Source: a virus
Taxonomy: Duplodnaviria > Caudoviricetes
DNA length: 59,359 nucleotides
Virus record (IMG/VR): IMGVR_UViG_3300020171_000031
Coordinates: 1 to 59,359 of that record
Reading direction: 5' to 3' (one strand)
Positions 45,154-54,651 of this stretch are shown here, in pieces. The notes under the pieces were generated by a model. It saw nothing but the letters and a program-made list of their open reading frames with translations, had not been told where the DNA came from and made no database searches. How positions within the stretch are numbered: position 1 is the first letter of the stretch; each line of letters begins with the position of its first letter. The position numbers and the translations under genes were made by a program.

Positions 45154-45492
45154 GTGACGCGAGTGAAATTGCCCGAAGTGACCCTGGTGCCTGACGGACT
45201 GCACATCCGGCTCGAGGAGGAAGACCTCCGGCTGGCGCGGCGTTTCCTGCCCTTTGTACGGCGACAGCTTGCCACCCAGTTAAAGGTGTCCATCCGCTTG
45301 GCGATGGTGCTTGCAACCAAGGGCCCCGAGGTGCTCAACGCATCAGCCGAGGAAATGCTCCTGATGCTGGGTGGGGAGGAGTTTTTCAAGGAGATGGTGA
45401 AGGCCACACCCGAGGAGTTCGACAGCACGTTCCGCAAGGAGGGCCATGACGACACGAACGAAGGAAACGTGGGACCCACAGGCGATAGCTGA
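45154..45492 (+). CDS. Hypothetical protein
   Basis: GAGGAGG RBS (start may be GTG 45163). Confidence 0.55.
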   Translation: MTRVKLPEVTLVPDGLHIRLEEEDLRLARRFLPFVRRQLATQLKVSIRLAMVLATKGPEVLNASAEEMLLMLGGEEFFKEMVKATPEEFDSTFRKEGHDDTNEGNVGPTGDS

Positions 45493-46117
45493 CGCGTTCG
45501 CCGAGGCGTTCGGCCTGGCGACCAAGGCACGGCAGGCGCTGGCGGACGCGCCCACCCAGGGGGCGCCCCAGTACGTGACGCAGATGCAGGAGAAGCTGAC
45601 ATTCCAGATGCGGGAGGCGCTGACCGACATCGAGCGCATGGGGCGCGAGCTGGAGGCGAGGGCGCGCGGGGAGGTTGCGCCCAACGAGGACTGGTACCTT
45701 CAGCGCACCTCGGACACATCCGCGTTGTATCACATCGTGACGCGGGAGACCGGGACTGCACGGTGTGGCGCGGAGGTGTCGGGCCCGTCGGTGCCGGCCG
45801 GGCTGGCCAGCAGCTTCACGGTGTGTCCAAAGTGTCAAGCGGGGAAGAGAATGAAGAAGGCGAAAGCGGTCGAAGCGGTCCCAACGGCCAGCGCCGCGCA
45901 ACCAGAGGACACCTCCTTGCCCCTTGGCTACGGGCCGTTCAGGCTCCGGAAGTGGATGGAGGTTAATGGCGTCCGCCACGTGAAGGGCGAGACCACCTAC
46001 GGCACATTGGGCGAGTGTTTCGACGCGCTCCACGTGGACCCGGACAAGCGGCCTCACCACGGCAGGTGGCGCCGCCTGGGCAAGAAGCTGCGGGACCAGA
46101 TAGTGCCTGCGAAGTAA
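45446..46117 (+). CDS. Protein with Zn finger and RPxHxR C-domain
   Basis: AAGGAGG RBS; H..C..CPKC; RPHHGRWRRL. Confidence 0.7.
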   Translation: MTTRTKETWDPQAIADAFAEAFGLATKARQALADAPTQGAPQYVTQMQEKLTFQMREALTDIERMGRELEARARGEVAPNEDWYLQRTSDTSALYHIVTRETGTARCGAEVSGPSVPAGLASSFTVCPKCQAGKRMKKAKAVEAVPTASAAQPEDTSLPLGYGPFRLRKWMEVNGVRHVKGETTYGTLGECFDALHVDPDKRPHHGRWRRLGKKLRDQIVPAK

Positions 46118-46127
46118 GGAGGCGCCA

Positions 46128-46460
46128 ATGGATAAGAGCCTGAGAGTTGCCTTCATGGAGGCCATGGTCGGCCTTGACACCACGCTTCGGAAAGACACGG
46201 GCAAGGGCCTGGCGGAGCACGCGGCGGAGGCCTTTGCGGCTTGGCAGGACTCTCGGACGAAGAAGCCAACCCAGCTGGAGCTGGACTTCGCGCTGCTGAA
46301 CCTGCGACAGGATGCGCCCGAGGAGCTGGTCCGAATGGCCTACCACCTCCTGGCGAAGCAGCTCCACCCGGACGCCAACCGGGAGACCTCGGATGCCGCG
46401 GCCTTCGCCAAGGTGCAGGAGGCCTACCAGCGTATCAGGAAAGCAAGGGGGTGGGCGTAA
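46128..46460 (+). CDS. J-domain protein
   Basis: AY..LAKQLHPD...F.KVQEAY. Confidence 0.85.
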   Translation: MDKSLRVAFMEAMVGLDTTLRKDTGKGLAEHAAEAFAAWQDSRTKKPTQLELDFALLNLRQDAPEELVRMAYHLLAKQLHPDANRETSDAAAFAKVQEAYQRIRKARGWA

Positions 46461-47023
46461 TGGGACTACGAGGTCTTCTTACCATCGCCTCGATACTGCA
46501 TACTGCCAGTTGGATCTCCGAATATTGCCAGCGCGAGGAAACGTATCGGGCTGCACAGGAGACGGCCGACCTGCTCAGCAAGCCCCTCCTGGTGGTCGGC
46601 AGCCCCCTGGGGTCAAACCCGCTGCGCCGTTTCCTCGGCTGCGAAACCCACGGATGGGGCGATGCGTGTCTCGACCTTGACCCACGCTCTCTGGAGGGGG
46701 CACCGGAGGGCGTCCTGACGGTCGCGGCCGATGTGCGCGATATCCCCTTCGATGACAGAACCTTCGGAGCCGTGATAGCTTCGCATGTATTGGAACATCT
46801 GGACACGCGAGAGGATGCGGAGCTCGCACTTGCCGAGCTGGACCGCGTGGCGGATGTGGTGTATGTCGCGGGGCCCAACAAGTGGAATATCCGGTCGTGG
46901 CTGGTGCCAGACCATTCTCTGTGGGTATGGCAAGAGCCGGACGGCGAGGTCATCATCGAGGAGCGGCCCGACTGGCAGAGGTGGGTGAATGCCAACGGCA
47001 GAATCCGATTGGGACCGGGCTAA
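46460..47023 (+). CDS. SAM-dependent methyltransferase-like protein
   Basis: LDLD, ADVRDIPFDD.TF..V..SHVLEH. Confidence 0.8.
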   Translation: MGLRGLLTIASILHTASWISEYCQREETYRAAQETADLLSKPLLVVGSPLGSNPLRRFLGCETHGWGDACLDLDPRSLEGAPEGVLTVAADVRDIPFDDRTFGAVIASHVLEHLDTREDAELALAELDRVADVVYVAGPNKWNIRSWLVPDHSLWVWQEPDGEVIIEERPDWQRWVNANGRIRLGPG

Positions 47024-47216
47024 GGGTGTAGAGTGCCCGCGATGCGGAGGGGAGGCGCACCGGCTCCTGCCCATCCTGGTGAAAGGCGTGACGCAGAGCG
47101 TCTGCCGGGCGTGCGCAGCGCGACTGGATGCGGAGCAGGCCCAAGTGCTGGAGGACCGGGCGGCGATTCGGGAACTCAAGGACAGCCTGGGCCTGGGTCC
47201 CCGAAGGAAAAGGTAG
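46989..47216 (+). CDS. Small zinc-finger protein
   Basis: CPRC...CRAC. Confidence 0.6.
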   Translation: MPTAESDWDRAKGVECPRCGGEAHRLLPILVKGVTQSVCRACAARLDAEQAQVLEDRAAIRELKDSLGLGPRRKR

Positions 47217-47492
47217 CGGGGTCCACCTGGGACCGCATTAGGTCACGGGACAATGGGTGCAACATAGCGCCCCGCTGTCTCCAGTGCCCGCTGTCTCCAG
47301 TGCCCGCTGGCACGATGCAAACACGACGACCCACACTCGAAAGAGCGACAGCAGCGTAATCTACGGGATAGCGAGGTGCTGTTGGCACGCGGCCAGGGGC
47401 TGACGGTGCCGCAGATTGCCCGGCGGTTTGCCTTGAGCCAGCGGACGGTGGCCAGGATACTCGCAAGGGAGCTAAATGCAGCGCGGAGATAG
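47213..47492 (+). pseudogene. Cys-cluster plus HTH regulator frameshifted by a 16-bp tandem duplication (start uncertain)
   Basis: Removing one cccgctgtctccagtg copy gives DNGCNIAPRCLQCPLARC...GLTVPQIARRFALSQRTVARIL. Confidence 0.8.
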
Positions 47493-47676
47493 GTGCGCTA
47501 GGTGTGGCCAGGCTCCACTGGTGCTGGACCAGGACGCGCTTGGAAGTCGCCTAGTTTGTCCAATCTGTGCCGCCGAGACGTTGCTAGAGGTCAAAGAGCG
47601 CGCCGCCGGTTCTAGTGGGTCAGGGTCAGCTACGCTTCCCTTTCGGCTCAGGCTAGACGAGCGGCCCCAGGAATAG
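47476..47676 (+). CDS. Small zinc-ribbon protein
   Basis: CARCG..L.LD.D..G..L.CPIC. Confidence 0.65.
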   Translation: MQRGDRCARCGQAPLVLDQDALGSRLVCPICAAETLLEVKERAAGSSGSGSATLPFRLRLDERPQE

Positions 47677-47701
47677 AACCGCCCGGGTTCGCCGGGCGGT
47701 T
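47677..47701. terminator. Hairpin at the convergence of the two genome arms
   Basis: aaccgcccgg-gttcg-ccgggcggtt. Confidence 0.7.
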
Positions 47702-47729
47702 GTCGTCTGTTCGGGGAGCGCGGAGTCGT

Positions 47730-47945
47730 CTACCCGTAGCGGGTGGACCGGATGTGGGCGCCGGCGCTGCGGCAGCAGTCCACAAACTTCCGCATCTTGG
47801 CGACGTTGCCGCGGCCGCCGGGCGTCCCCTTCATGCAGGCCCCCACCTTGCGGTTGAACTCCGACGGGCGGTGGCCCTGCATACCGAACAGGGCGCGGAT
47901 GCTCACCTTGTACCCCTTCCTGATTCCGTTAATGGATACTGGCAC
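47730..47945 (-). CDS. Small very basic protein (possible nucleoprotein)
   Basis: GAGGAGG upstream; R/K-rich, 71 aa. Confidence 0.6.
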   Translation of the reverse strand: MPVSINGIRKGYKVSIRALFGMQGHRPSEFNRKVGACMKGTPGGRGNVAKMRKFVDCCRSAGAHIRSTRYG

Positions 47946-48167
47946 CTACGTCCTCCTCTTTTTGACTTCGCTTGCTACCAACTGGAGCGCCAGGTGGTTC
48001 GGGCGTGTCCCCGCCGCCATCAAGCGGTCCAGGTTTAGCCTCATGGCATCAGTGGGCGCCTCTGCGCCCAGCGCCCCGGCGAGGGCCGTCAGGGCGGCTT
48101 CCCTGTCCCCCTTTCCGTAGGAGATGAGGGCCTCCTGCAACTTCTCTAGCGCTACTACGTCCCGCAT
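47946..48167 (-). CDS. Small helical protein
   Basis: Downstream of TTGACA-17-TAGATT (48276-48248). Confidence 0.6.
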   Translation of the reverse strand: MRDVVALEKLQEALISYGKGDREAALTALAGALGAEAPTDAMRLNLDRLMAAGTRPNHLALQLVASEVKKRRT

Positions 48168-48250
48168 CCCTCAACACAAAAGGCCACGAGGACTCGCCTC
48201 GTGGCCTTATCGACAGCTTTGCCGCTCTTGTCTGGCCTACAGCGTCTAAT

Positions 48251-48410
48251 CTACCCCTCCTGGTGCGAGTTGTCAAGAGAGAAGGAGAAGGTCTTCCACT
48301 CATGGCAGTAATGGCACTTCACGCTGACGCTGCCGACGCCTGCTTGGAAATCTATGTAGACGAGGAGGAAGTGGCGGCAGCTGGGGCAGTACCAGGGATC
48401 CCCTCGGACG
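48251..48410 (-). CDS. Possible Com-like zinc ribbon (start unclear)
   Basis: CPSC..FL...VKCHYC. Confidence 0.4.
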
Positions 48411-48759
48411 GAGTCGGGGACGCCAGCTGGTCTAGGTCGAGCAGGTCCATCAGGTTCTGCGCGTCCTCCCGCGCCTTCGCCATCTCGGCCGTGCAGTCCG
48501 CCTGGGGGGTCAGCTGGCACAGGGCCGCGCTGCTCACGGAGTCCAGCAGGTACGTCGCCTCGTCGTGGCACACTTCGCATGTGGTCTCCTGCAAATCTTT
48601 TCGGAACGCCTCCGCCTTCTTCAGCGCCGCCTCCGTGTCGCCCTCCTCCAGCGCCTTCAGCACGGCGCCAGTAGCACGCCTGTACCGGTCGAACACGGGC
48701 CGCATCTCCGCGATAACGGCGGGGTCCAGTCCGTCTTGCTGTTCAATGGGTTGGTCCAA
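48352..48759 (-). CDS. Hypothetical helical protein
   Basis: GAGGTG RBS, TTG start; CEVC. Confidence 0.6.
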   Translation of the reverse strand: MDQPIEQQDGLDPAVIAEMRPVFDRYRRATGAVLKALEEGDTEAALKKAEAFRKDLQETTCEVCHDEATYLLDSVSSAALCQLTPQADCTAEMAKAREDAQNLMDLLDLDQLASPTPSEGIPGTAPAAATSSSST

Positions 48760-48788
48760 TGGTCACACCTCTCTGTCTCAACCCCATC

Positions 48789-49466
48789 CTAAACCACGCT
48801 ATCCAGCAGCGCAAATGGGACACTCCCCGTAGTGCCAGCCGCGTATGCAGCCGCCGCGACTGCCGGCAAGGTGGCCGGGAAAACACCCGTGCTCACCGCG
48901 AACTGTGCTCTGACTAGAAGTCCCAGATTCCTGGCTCCCAATGGCGCTACATCTGCCCCCCAGAACGTTGTTCCGAGAGGGGCGCCCAAGGAGTTGAACC
49001 CGGCTGTCGTTCCTGTGGATACCACGGTCACGCAAAACCAGTATTTCACTCCTCCAGTCAGCGTGATGGGCAGGCCCGCCGAGATGTTCAGCCACGTGTT
49101 GACGGCGCTTGTGACCGTACCCGAATCCCAGACTTTCGCGGAACCCACCCCAACGCGGTAAATGGCGAACTTGTACAGGTTGGCTGTCGCGCCTATGCCA
49201 AACAGCCTGATTCTCTGTACGGTGATGTCAACGGGCGGCGTGAACTGCACACATCGGGCCAAGCTGACGGTAATTGCCGTAGGGGTAGGCCCGGCTACCG
49301 CACCCTGTACCCACGCTTGCATCTGCTTAATGGGGTCGGAGTCCCCCATCATGCCGTGCAGAACGCCATACCATGCTGGGGGGGATGACCCAGCATGGCC
49401 GTGGAGGGTGGTCTGGGCCCCTCCCACCAGTGGGGCCGCAGCTACCTTCTCAGTCGCCACTGCCAC
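48789..49466 (-). CDS. Putative virion spike/fibre-like beta protein
   Basis: TTLHGH motif; beta-sandwich pattern. Confidence 0.6.
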   Translation of the reverse strand: MAVATEKVAAAPLVGGAQTTLHGHAGSSPPAWYGVLHGMMGDSDPIKQMQAWVQGAVAGPTPTAITVSLARCVQFTPPVDITVQRIRLFGIGATANLYKFAIYRVGVGSAKVWDSGTVTSAVNTWLNISAGLPITLTGGVKYWFCVTVVSTGTTAGFNSLGAPLGTTFWGADVAPLGARNLGLLVRAQFAVSTGVFPATLPAVAAAAYAAGTTGSVPFALLDSVV

Positions 49467-49468
49467 GC

Positions 49469-49786
49469 TTACACCGGCACGTCGTCATAATCCACGCTCA
49501 GCTTACCCGCAGCGTCCCGCTGGATGGCGACAACCTTGAACTCGGTTGCCACTGGGCTCGTCTTGATGTAGCCGCGAGCCGTGTCGACCATCTCGTCCAG
49601 GTTGTCCTTGGCCGCGCCATTGCCAAGCTCCGCGTTGGTGACCTCACCGGACTCGATGGGTCTGGCGGCAGCCGCCACAGAACTCGCTCTGGTAATCTGC
49701 GCCGCAGCTGCGTTCACTTTCCCGACTATCTGGTCGTCGGTGTAGGACTGCGCGGCGGGGTCTAATTGCATGCTCTGTATTGCCAT
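49469..49786 (-). CDS. Putative structural protein
   Basis: GAGGAGG RBS; C-terminus GKLSVDYDD similar to the upstream gene. Confidence 0.65.
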   Translation of the reverse strand: MAIQSMQLDPAAQSYTDDQIVGKVNAAAAQITRASSVAAAARPIESGEVTNAELGNGAAKDNLDEMVDTARGYIKTSPVATEFKVVAIQRDAAGKLSVDYDDVPV

Positions 49787-49798
49787 GTTCCTCCTCCT

Positions 49799-49999
49799 CT
49801 ACGCTGGGGTATCGTCGTATTCCACTACCAGCTTGCCCGTGGCGGGGTCAACATACAGATTCGTCACCCTGCACATTCCACTTGGCGGAGAAGAGGTGAA
49901 GGCGGCACTCCACACCGGGTCAGCGCCTGCTCCTTGTGCGGTCAGGACCTGCCCCTTCGTCCCCGCTACTGTTGGCAGGTGTCCATGGTCTTGTGGCAT
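49799..49999 (-). CDS. Small structural protein
   Basis: GTKGQVLTAQGAGADPVW fibre motif; GKLVVEYDD. Confidence 0.65.
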   Translation of the reverse strand: MPQDHGHLPTVAGTKGQVLTAQGAGADPVWSAAFTSSPPSGMCRVTNLYVDPATGKLVVEYDDTPA

Positions 50000-50021
50000 G
50001 TCACATCCTCACACCCTCCGA

Positions 50022-51086
50022 CTAGCCGTAGATGCGGCCGCCTGGTCGTGACATGCCGGCAGGGCCGCCTGACTGTTGCGGTTGACCGCCAAAGCTCGGA
50101 GCGTCCGGCAATCCGGAGCGCCGTTGCACCAACTCCTCGACCTCCTGCTCGTCAAACGGGCCTGGGGTCTGGACGCTCTCCGGATACTGCACCCAGTAGT
50201 ACCACCCGTCATCGTACTGCACTTTCACGATGACGACGCCCTTGCCCACGAGTTGCCCCTTTGTCCATCGCTGCACCTCGCGGATGAGGCCGGACCGCTT
50301 CAGGCTTGTCAGGAGCTCGGCCGAGATCCTTTCCCCCGGCCAGGAGGTGCGCGACACCATCTGCACGATGGTTTCTCCAGGCGTGTTGGGGCTCCCGCGG
50401 ATGAGCGTCAGGGCAGCTTTTCCGGACTCGGTGAGCAATATCTTCTCCGGCGGGATACCGTGCAAGGCCCACCGGGCCTTGAGCGCGCGCCGTTGGTCCA
50501 GCGGCATCCAACGGGCTTGCTCCTTCGTCACGCGAACCCCCCGGATGGGCACCGGAGCCACACCCGCCCCCACCGGCACCCCCTCCGTCCAGGGCAGTGG
50601 TATCTCGTGTATCCCCCGCTCCACCATGCCACGCACGATGGCCTTGAGTCGGTCCAACTCAAGGTCCACGTCACGACGAGTCAAGCCGGTGTATTTCTTC
50701 ACCAGCTTCCTGCCATTGTGGTCCTGGAGGGTGAGGTAGCCGCTGGAGAATGGCCCCTGCCCCGGCCGGCCGCCCCGCATGTTCACGTGGATGCTGAATT
50801 GCCAGACGTGATGCCACATGTCCAGGGTCGTGACGGCCCTGCCGGCGAAGTGCGGTACGGGCTCTCCGGCCAGCCTGCGCTCCTCCCCGAAGAACTGGTT
50901 GAACTGGTGCGCTACAGCTGGTGCTGGCATGTCAGCCTCCTGCGGGATACAGCTTGTGGCCTGCCCCTCAAGGTTCGCCAGGTCATGGGTCTCGTTTCCG
51001 AACTGTCTGGATTCCGCTGCTTCGTGGAATTGGTCCAGATAGCCCTTAACGTTCTCCACAACGTCCGCCAACCTGACGCGCCCCAC
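50022..51086 (-). CDS. Multi-domain hypothetical protein with C-terminal GPF domain (5' end uncertain)
   Basis: Internal AGGAGG-ATG at 50931; possible frameshift join to the ORF starting at 51190. Confidence 0.55.
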   Translation of the reverse strand: MGRVRLADVVENVKGYLDQFHEAAESRQFGNETHDLANLEGQATSCIPQEADMPAPAVAHQFNQFFGEERRLAGEPVPHFAGRAVTTLDMWHHVWQFSIHVNMRGGRPGQGPFSSGYLTLQDHNGRKLVKKYTGLTRRDVDLELDRLKAIVRGMVERGIHEIPLPWTEGVPVGAGVAPVPIRGVRVTKEQARWMPLDQRRALKARWALHGIPPEKILLTESGKAALTLIRGSPNTPGETIVQMVSRTSWPGERISAELLTSLKRSGLIREVQRWTKGQLVGKGVVIVKVQYDDGWYYWVQYPESVQTPGPFDEQEVEELVQRRSGLPDAPSFGGQPQQSGGPAGMSRPGGRIYG

Positions 51087-51192
51087 TCCTCATCAGAGGA
51101 GTCCAGCATCCCCTTGGAGGCCTTCCGCTCAACTTCCTGTAGAAGTTGAAGCGCCCCTGCCCAGTCTTTTGCGGCTCTCTCACAATTCATGG

Positions 51193-52260
51193 CTATTCTC
51201 CTCCTAGCGTCGCCTTCTCGCCGGGCGCCAAGCGGCTCCAGCCGTCTCCCATTGGCCTGTCATACAGCTCCAGCTGCTTGAGCGCGCTCATGCGCCACCA
51301 GATGGGATGGCCGCCGCTGTTGCTTACCCTCACAGGGCCATGAATGGGGATGACCTCCGTAGCGCCCTTGGCTACTGCAACGCCCACGGCTACTGTGGAG
51401 GGGCCGACGCCCTGCGCCATATGCGTGACCGTGATATGCGTCAGCTTCCCATAATTGACGATGGTGAGGCTTGGGGAGAGCTTAGGTGCTCCGAAGCGGC
51501 GGGTAAACTCCGCCTCACTGAGGGGCGGCCCCTGGTACTCGACGTAGTTGGCCGGGACGCGCAGCGTCTCGCCGGTGTGCTTGCCCTCCAACACCAGCAC
51601 CTCATAGCCTGGATGGCCAGCGCCGGTGATGTAGCCGCCGACGGCTGGTGTCACGTCATAATATGACACGACCCGCGCCTTCACCCAGCCCTGCGAACCG
51701 GACCGCATCCTGACGATACTGCCGTTTGCTATCACACTCGCCTCCTTCGGCTGCACCCTGGCCAGAAGTGCCGGCGCGGCCCTGGGCGCCGGGCGAATGT
51801 ACTCCCGGACCGTCTTGAGGCCACGCTGCGCCTCCAGCTTCCTGGAACGTTCGCCATCCTCAAAGCCGTCTGTGGCCAGCCGCCTGTAGTCTTCCGCATG
51901 GACGAACACCAGAACCCGCGACCAGTAGCCACCCCACTGGCCATCGTAGGTGACCACCCACACGCGGGTGCCCTTGGCTACTTCCACCGTGCGCTCGTAG
52001 GGGCTCCGCACGACGTTCATAGTGGTGTCATAGGAATAGGCCGGACCTTTGCTGAGCTGCCTCCCATCCCAGGAGAACGAGTGGGTGAACGCGAAGTCAC
52101 CTTGCGCGCTTGGGTTGAACGTGTCTGGGCACTGGACCACCTCGACCGCCTGGGCAAACTTGATGGGCAGACGTCCACCAGCCTCCGCCAGGACCTGCGG
52201 GGCCTCCGGCAGAATCCGCTGGAGCTTCGCCATCGGAAGCTTCGGTGTCCAGCGCGCCAT
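51193..52260 (-). CDS. Multi-domain hypothetical protein (SH3-like segments)
   Basis: Long ORF tightly packed in operon. Confidence 0.65.
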   Translation of the reverse strand: MARWTPKLPMAKLQRILPEAPQVLAEAGGRLPIKFAQAVEVVQCPDTFNPSAQGDFAFTHSFSWDGRQLSKGPAYSYDTTMNVVRSPYERTVEVAKGTRVWVVTYDGQWGGYWSRVLVFVHAEDYRRLATDGFEDGERSRKLEAQRGLKTVREYIRPAPRAAPALLARVQPKEASVIANGSIVRMRSGSQGWVKARVVSYYDVTPAVGGYITGAGHPGYEVLVLEGKHTGETLRVPANYVEYQGPPLSEAEFTRRFGAPKLSPSLTIVNYGKLTHITVTHMAQGVGPSTVAVGVAVAKGATEVIPIHGPVRVSNSGGHPIWWRMSALKQLELYDRPMGDGWSRLAPGEKATLGGE

Positions 52261-52767
52261 CTACTTCTCCTGCTGGCCCCGCAGCGGGCGGTTCGGGTCA
52301 CAGGCGCAGGTGAGCAGATGGTCGAATGCCGCGTCAACCAACTCGTCCACGAGGGCGTCCTGTACACCGTGTCGGGCGGTGACCAGGTCAACGAGCGCCA
52401 CGTCCCGCGCCTCGTCCCTCTGCACACGCGCCATCCCCTCGCTGTAGCGCGCCGTCGCCTGATCATACCTCTGCCGAACCTCATCATGCAGCATGGCTCG
52501 GGTCTCGTCGAGCGATTTATCGGAGATATGCCCGCCCATCTCGCCATAAAAAACACTGATATAGTCTGCTGCCGCAAGCAGACTTCTAACTTCCCCGATG
52601 CACTCCGCCCGCTGGGGTGCCTCCCGCTCAGGCGGCGGCGCCTCGCGAAAGTACCGGCCGTCGGTGGTGGAGACATACAGGCGGCCATCCGGACCGCGCA
52701 ACGTCTCGTCCCCATCGTCATGCCGCTTCACCAGGGTGAAGCCGAGCATCTCCAGCGAGCTGTCCAT
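52261..52767 (-). CDS. Hypothetical protein
   Basis: ORF in operon. Confidence 0.6.
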   Translation of the reverse strand: MDSSLEMLGFTLVKRHDDGDETLRGPDGRLYVSTTDGRYFREAPPPEREAPQRAECIGEVRSLLAAADYISVFYGEMGGHISDKSLDETRAMLHDEVRQRYDQATARYSEGMARVQRDEARDVALVDLVTARHGVQDALVDELVDAAFDHLLTCACDPNRPLRGQQEK

Positions 52768-52771
52768 ACGC

Positions 52772-53080
52772 TTACCCCTTTCTCGTGACCACGACGATGC
52801 CGACCGCTGCGGCCCCCACTCCGAGGAGCGGCCCCCACCGGCGCCAGAACGAGGGGGCGGGCAGGATCAACTCCACCGGGAACTGCGTGATGGCACCCAG
52901 GACGTACTGCTCAATAAGCTGCACGTCAGCCATGGTGACCAGGCCGTCGCCATCCACGTCGGCCCGCTTGCGCTGGTCAGCCGTCGGGACAGAAAGCCCC
53001 AGGGCGAACCTCTCGGCGAGGATCGCGTCCCCCATGTCCACCACACCATCAGCGTTCGGGTCTCCATAGTAAACAGCCAT
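52772..53080 (-). CDS. Dockerin-domain protein with C-terminal membrane anchor
   Basis: GDPNADGVVDMGD, ADVDGDGLVTMAD; TM LLGVGAAAVGIVVV followed by RK. Confidence 0.8.
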   Translation of the reverse strand: MAVYYGDPNADGVVDMGDAILAERFALGLSVPTADQRKRADVDGDGLVTMADVQLIEQYVLGAITQFPVELILPAPSFWRRWGPLLGVGAAAVGIVVVTRKG

Positions 53081-53089
53081 GGTGTCCTC

Positions 53090-53884
53090 CTAATACTCCA
53101 ACTGGCGCCCGCCCTCGCGGACACCCCGCACGTTCCACGCCACCGCCCGGGGCGTGTAGCCGAACACCTTCTCCCGCCGGACCGATGTGGCCAGCATGGC
53201 ATCCCTGTCCAGCACTATCGCGTCCGGCCCGTACATCTCCAGCACCCTCCGGCCCAGGTCCAAGTCCTCCCGCCCCCCCACTGTCGGGTCTATGCTTTCA
53301 TCATAACCCCCCACAGCCAGGAAAGCAGCCCGCCACAGCGCCACGCCGCGGCCCGTCGTGTGGCTCCGCGGCTTTATCAGCTGCCACGGGTTCCACAGCA
53401 TGGCGTTCGCAAATGAGTCGTACACCGTCTCGGCACCATGCGCCATCACGGCCGTGGGGTGCTGCTCCAGCAGCAGGACCATGCGCTCCGCATACTCCGG
53501 TGACAGAATGCAGTCGGCGTCGCAGAAGATGAGGGCCTCTCCGGTGGCTGCCTCCGCGCCGGCGTTGCGCGCCGGTGAGATGCCGAGCTTCGGGAAGTCC
53601 ACCATCAGGGCGCCGTACTGCTGCGCTAGCTCTCGCGTTCTCTCCTTCGCCTCCGGCGGCGAGCTGTCCAGTATGACCACCTCGATGGGCGTGTAGCTCT
53701 GGCGCTCAATGCTCTGGAGAAGCCGCTCCAGGTACGCGTCCTCCTCCAGGGTGGGGATGATGATGCTCACCAGGGGGCCGGTGCTCATGTGATCTGCGCT
53801 CTTCTCCTGGGCGCGCCCTATCGCCACGGCCGCGCTGGCCGCGTTGACCGCCAGGCCCACGAGGAGCAGTCCCAGGAACATCAT
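53090..53884 (-). CDS. GT2-family glycosyltransferase with N-terminal membrane anchor
   Basis: VSIIIP, ARNAGA, DAD, GGYDE, ED, TSVRR. Confidence 0.92.
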   Translation of the reverse strand: MMFLGLLLVGLAVNAASAAVAIGRAQEKSADHMSTGPLVSIIIPTLEEDAYLERLLQSIERQSYTPIEVVILDSSPPEAKERTRELAQQYGALMVDFPKLGISPARNAGAEAATGEALIFCDADCILSPEYAERMVLLLEQHPTAVMAHGAETVYDSFANAMLWNPWQLIKPRSHTTGRGVALWRAAFLAVGGYDESIDPTVGGREDLDLGRRVLEMYGPDAIVLDRDAMLATSVRREKVFGYTPRAVAWNVRGVREGGRQLEY

Positions 53885-53890
53885 GCGCTC

Positions 53891-54127
53891 CTACAGCTGT
53901 GCCAGGACTTCCGCCTTGGTGAAGGGACCGTACTCGGTCCCGGGCACCTCATCGAACATGATGTAGTACGCCCACTGGCCGCCGCTGTACCCCACCCGCG
54001 ACACCGTGACGCGGGAGCCGAGCCGCTGGCCCTCCTGCCAGGCGGGACCCTTCTGCTTCTCCATCCACCAGGCGGCACCGAATCCCGCGGCCAGCAGGCC
54101 GAGGCCCCAGGTGAGTGCGTTGTTCAT
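53891..54127 (-). CDS. Membrane-anchored small GPF-domain protein
   Basis: GGAGGAG RBS; TM; YYIMFDE...YGPFT. Confidence 0.7.
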   Translation of the reverse strand: MNNALTWGLGLLAAGFGAAWWMEKQKGPAWQEGQRLGSRVTVSRVGYSGGQWAYYIMFDEVPGTEYGPFTKAEVLAQL

Positions 54128-54138
54128 GTGCTCCTCCC

Positions 54139-54651
54139 TCACGTGATGTCCGGCTTGTTGGCCGTCAGGACTGGGCCGTTCAGCTCAAATATCCACGACA
54201 GCAGCTTCCTCGCGTACAGGACGCCGCAGACAGCGACTGCTGCTACTATCCCAATCAGAGCGCCGTAGTCTATCCAGATGCCGAGCCCGTCGAACCAGGC
54301 GTAGATGAAGTATCCCACTGTGAGCATCCCGAATATGGCGCAGGTGTCGAGCTCCCACTTGGAGTATTTGGACTGCCAGGCCGATGCAGCCCACAAGATG
54401 CCGAATAGGAGTGCTTGGGCCAAACCACCTGAGATGCGCGTCCAGAAGCCCGCCCACTCGGACATCTCGAAGCCGTAGTACATGCCGCCCGTCCAGTCAA
54501 ATATCACGTAGCCTTGCGTACCTGAAAGCACGTTGCCCACAAGCTGGTGGGCGGCCTCATGGAACGGGACTGCCAAGATGGCCAGTACGACCAGCATGAC
54601 CAGCATGGGGATGACCTTGGCCAGGAACCGCGCACCTGATGGTTTATTCAT
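54139..54651 (-). CDS. M50-like intramembrane metallopeptidase
   Basis: HEAAH at the end of TM1; four TM segments. Confidence 0.6.
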   Translation of the reverse strand: MNKPSGARFLAKVIPMLVMLVVLAILAVPFHEAAHQLVGNVLSGTQGYVIFDWTGGMYYGFEMSEWAGFWTRISGGLAQALLFGILWAASAWQSKYSKWELDTCAIFGMLTVGYFIYAWFDGLGIWIDYGALIGIVAAVAVCGVLYARKLLSWIFELNGPVLTANKPDIT

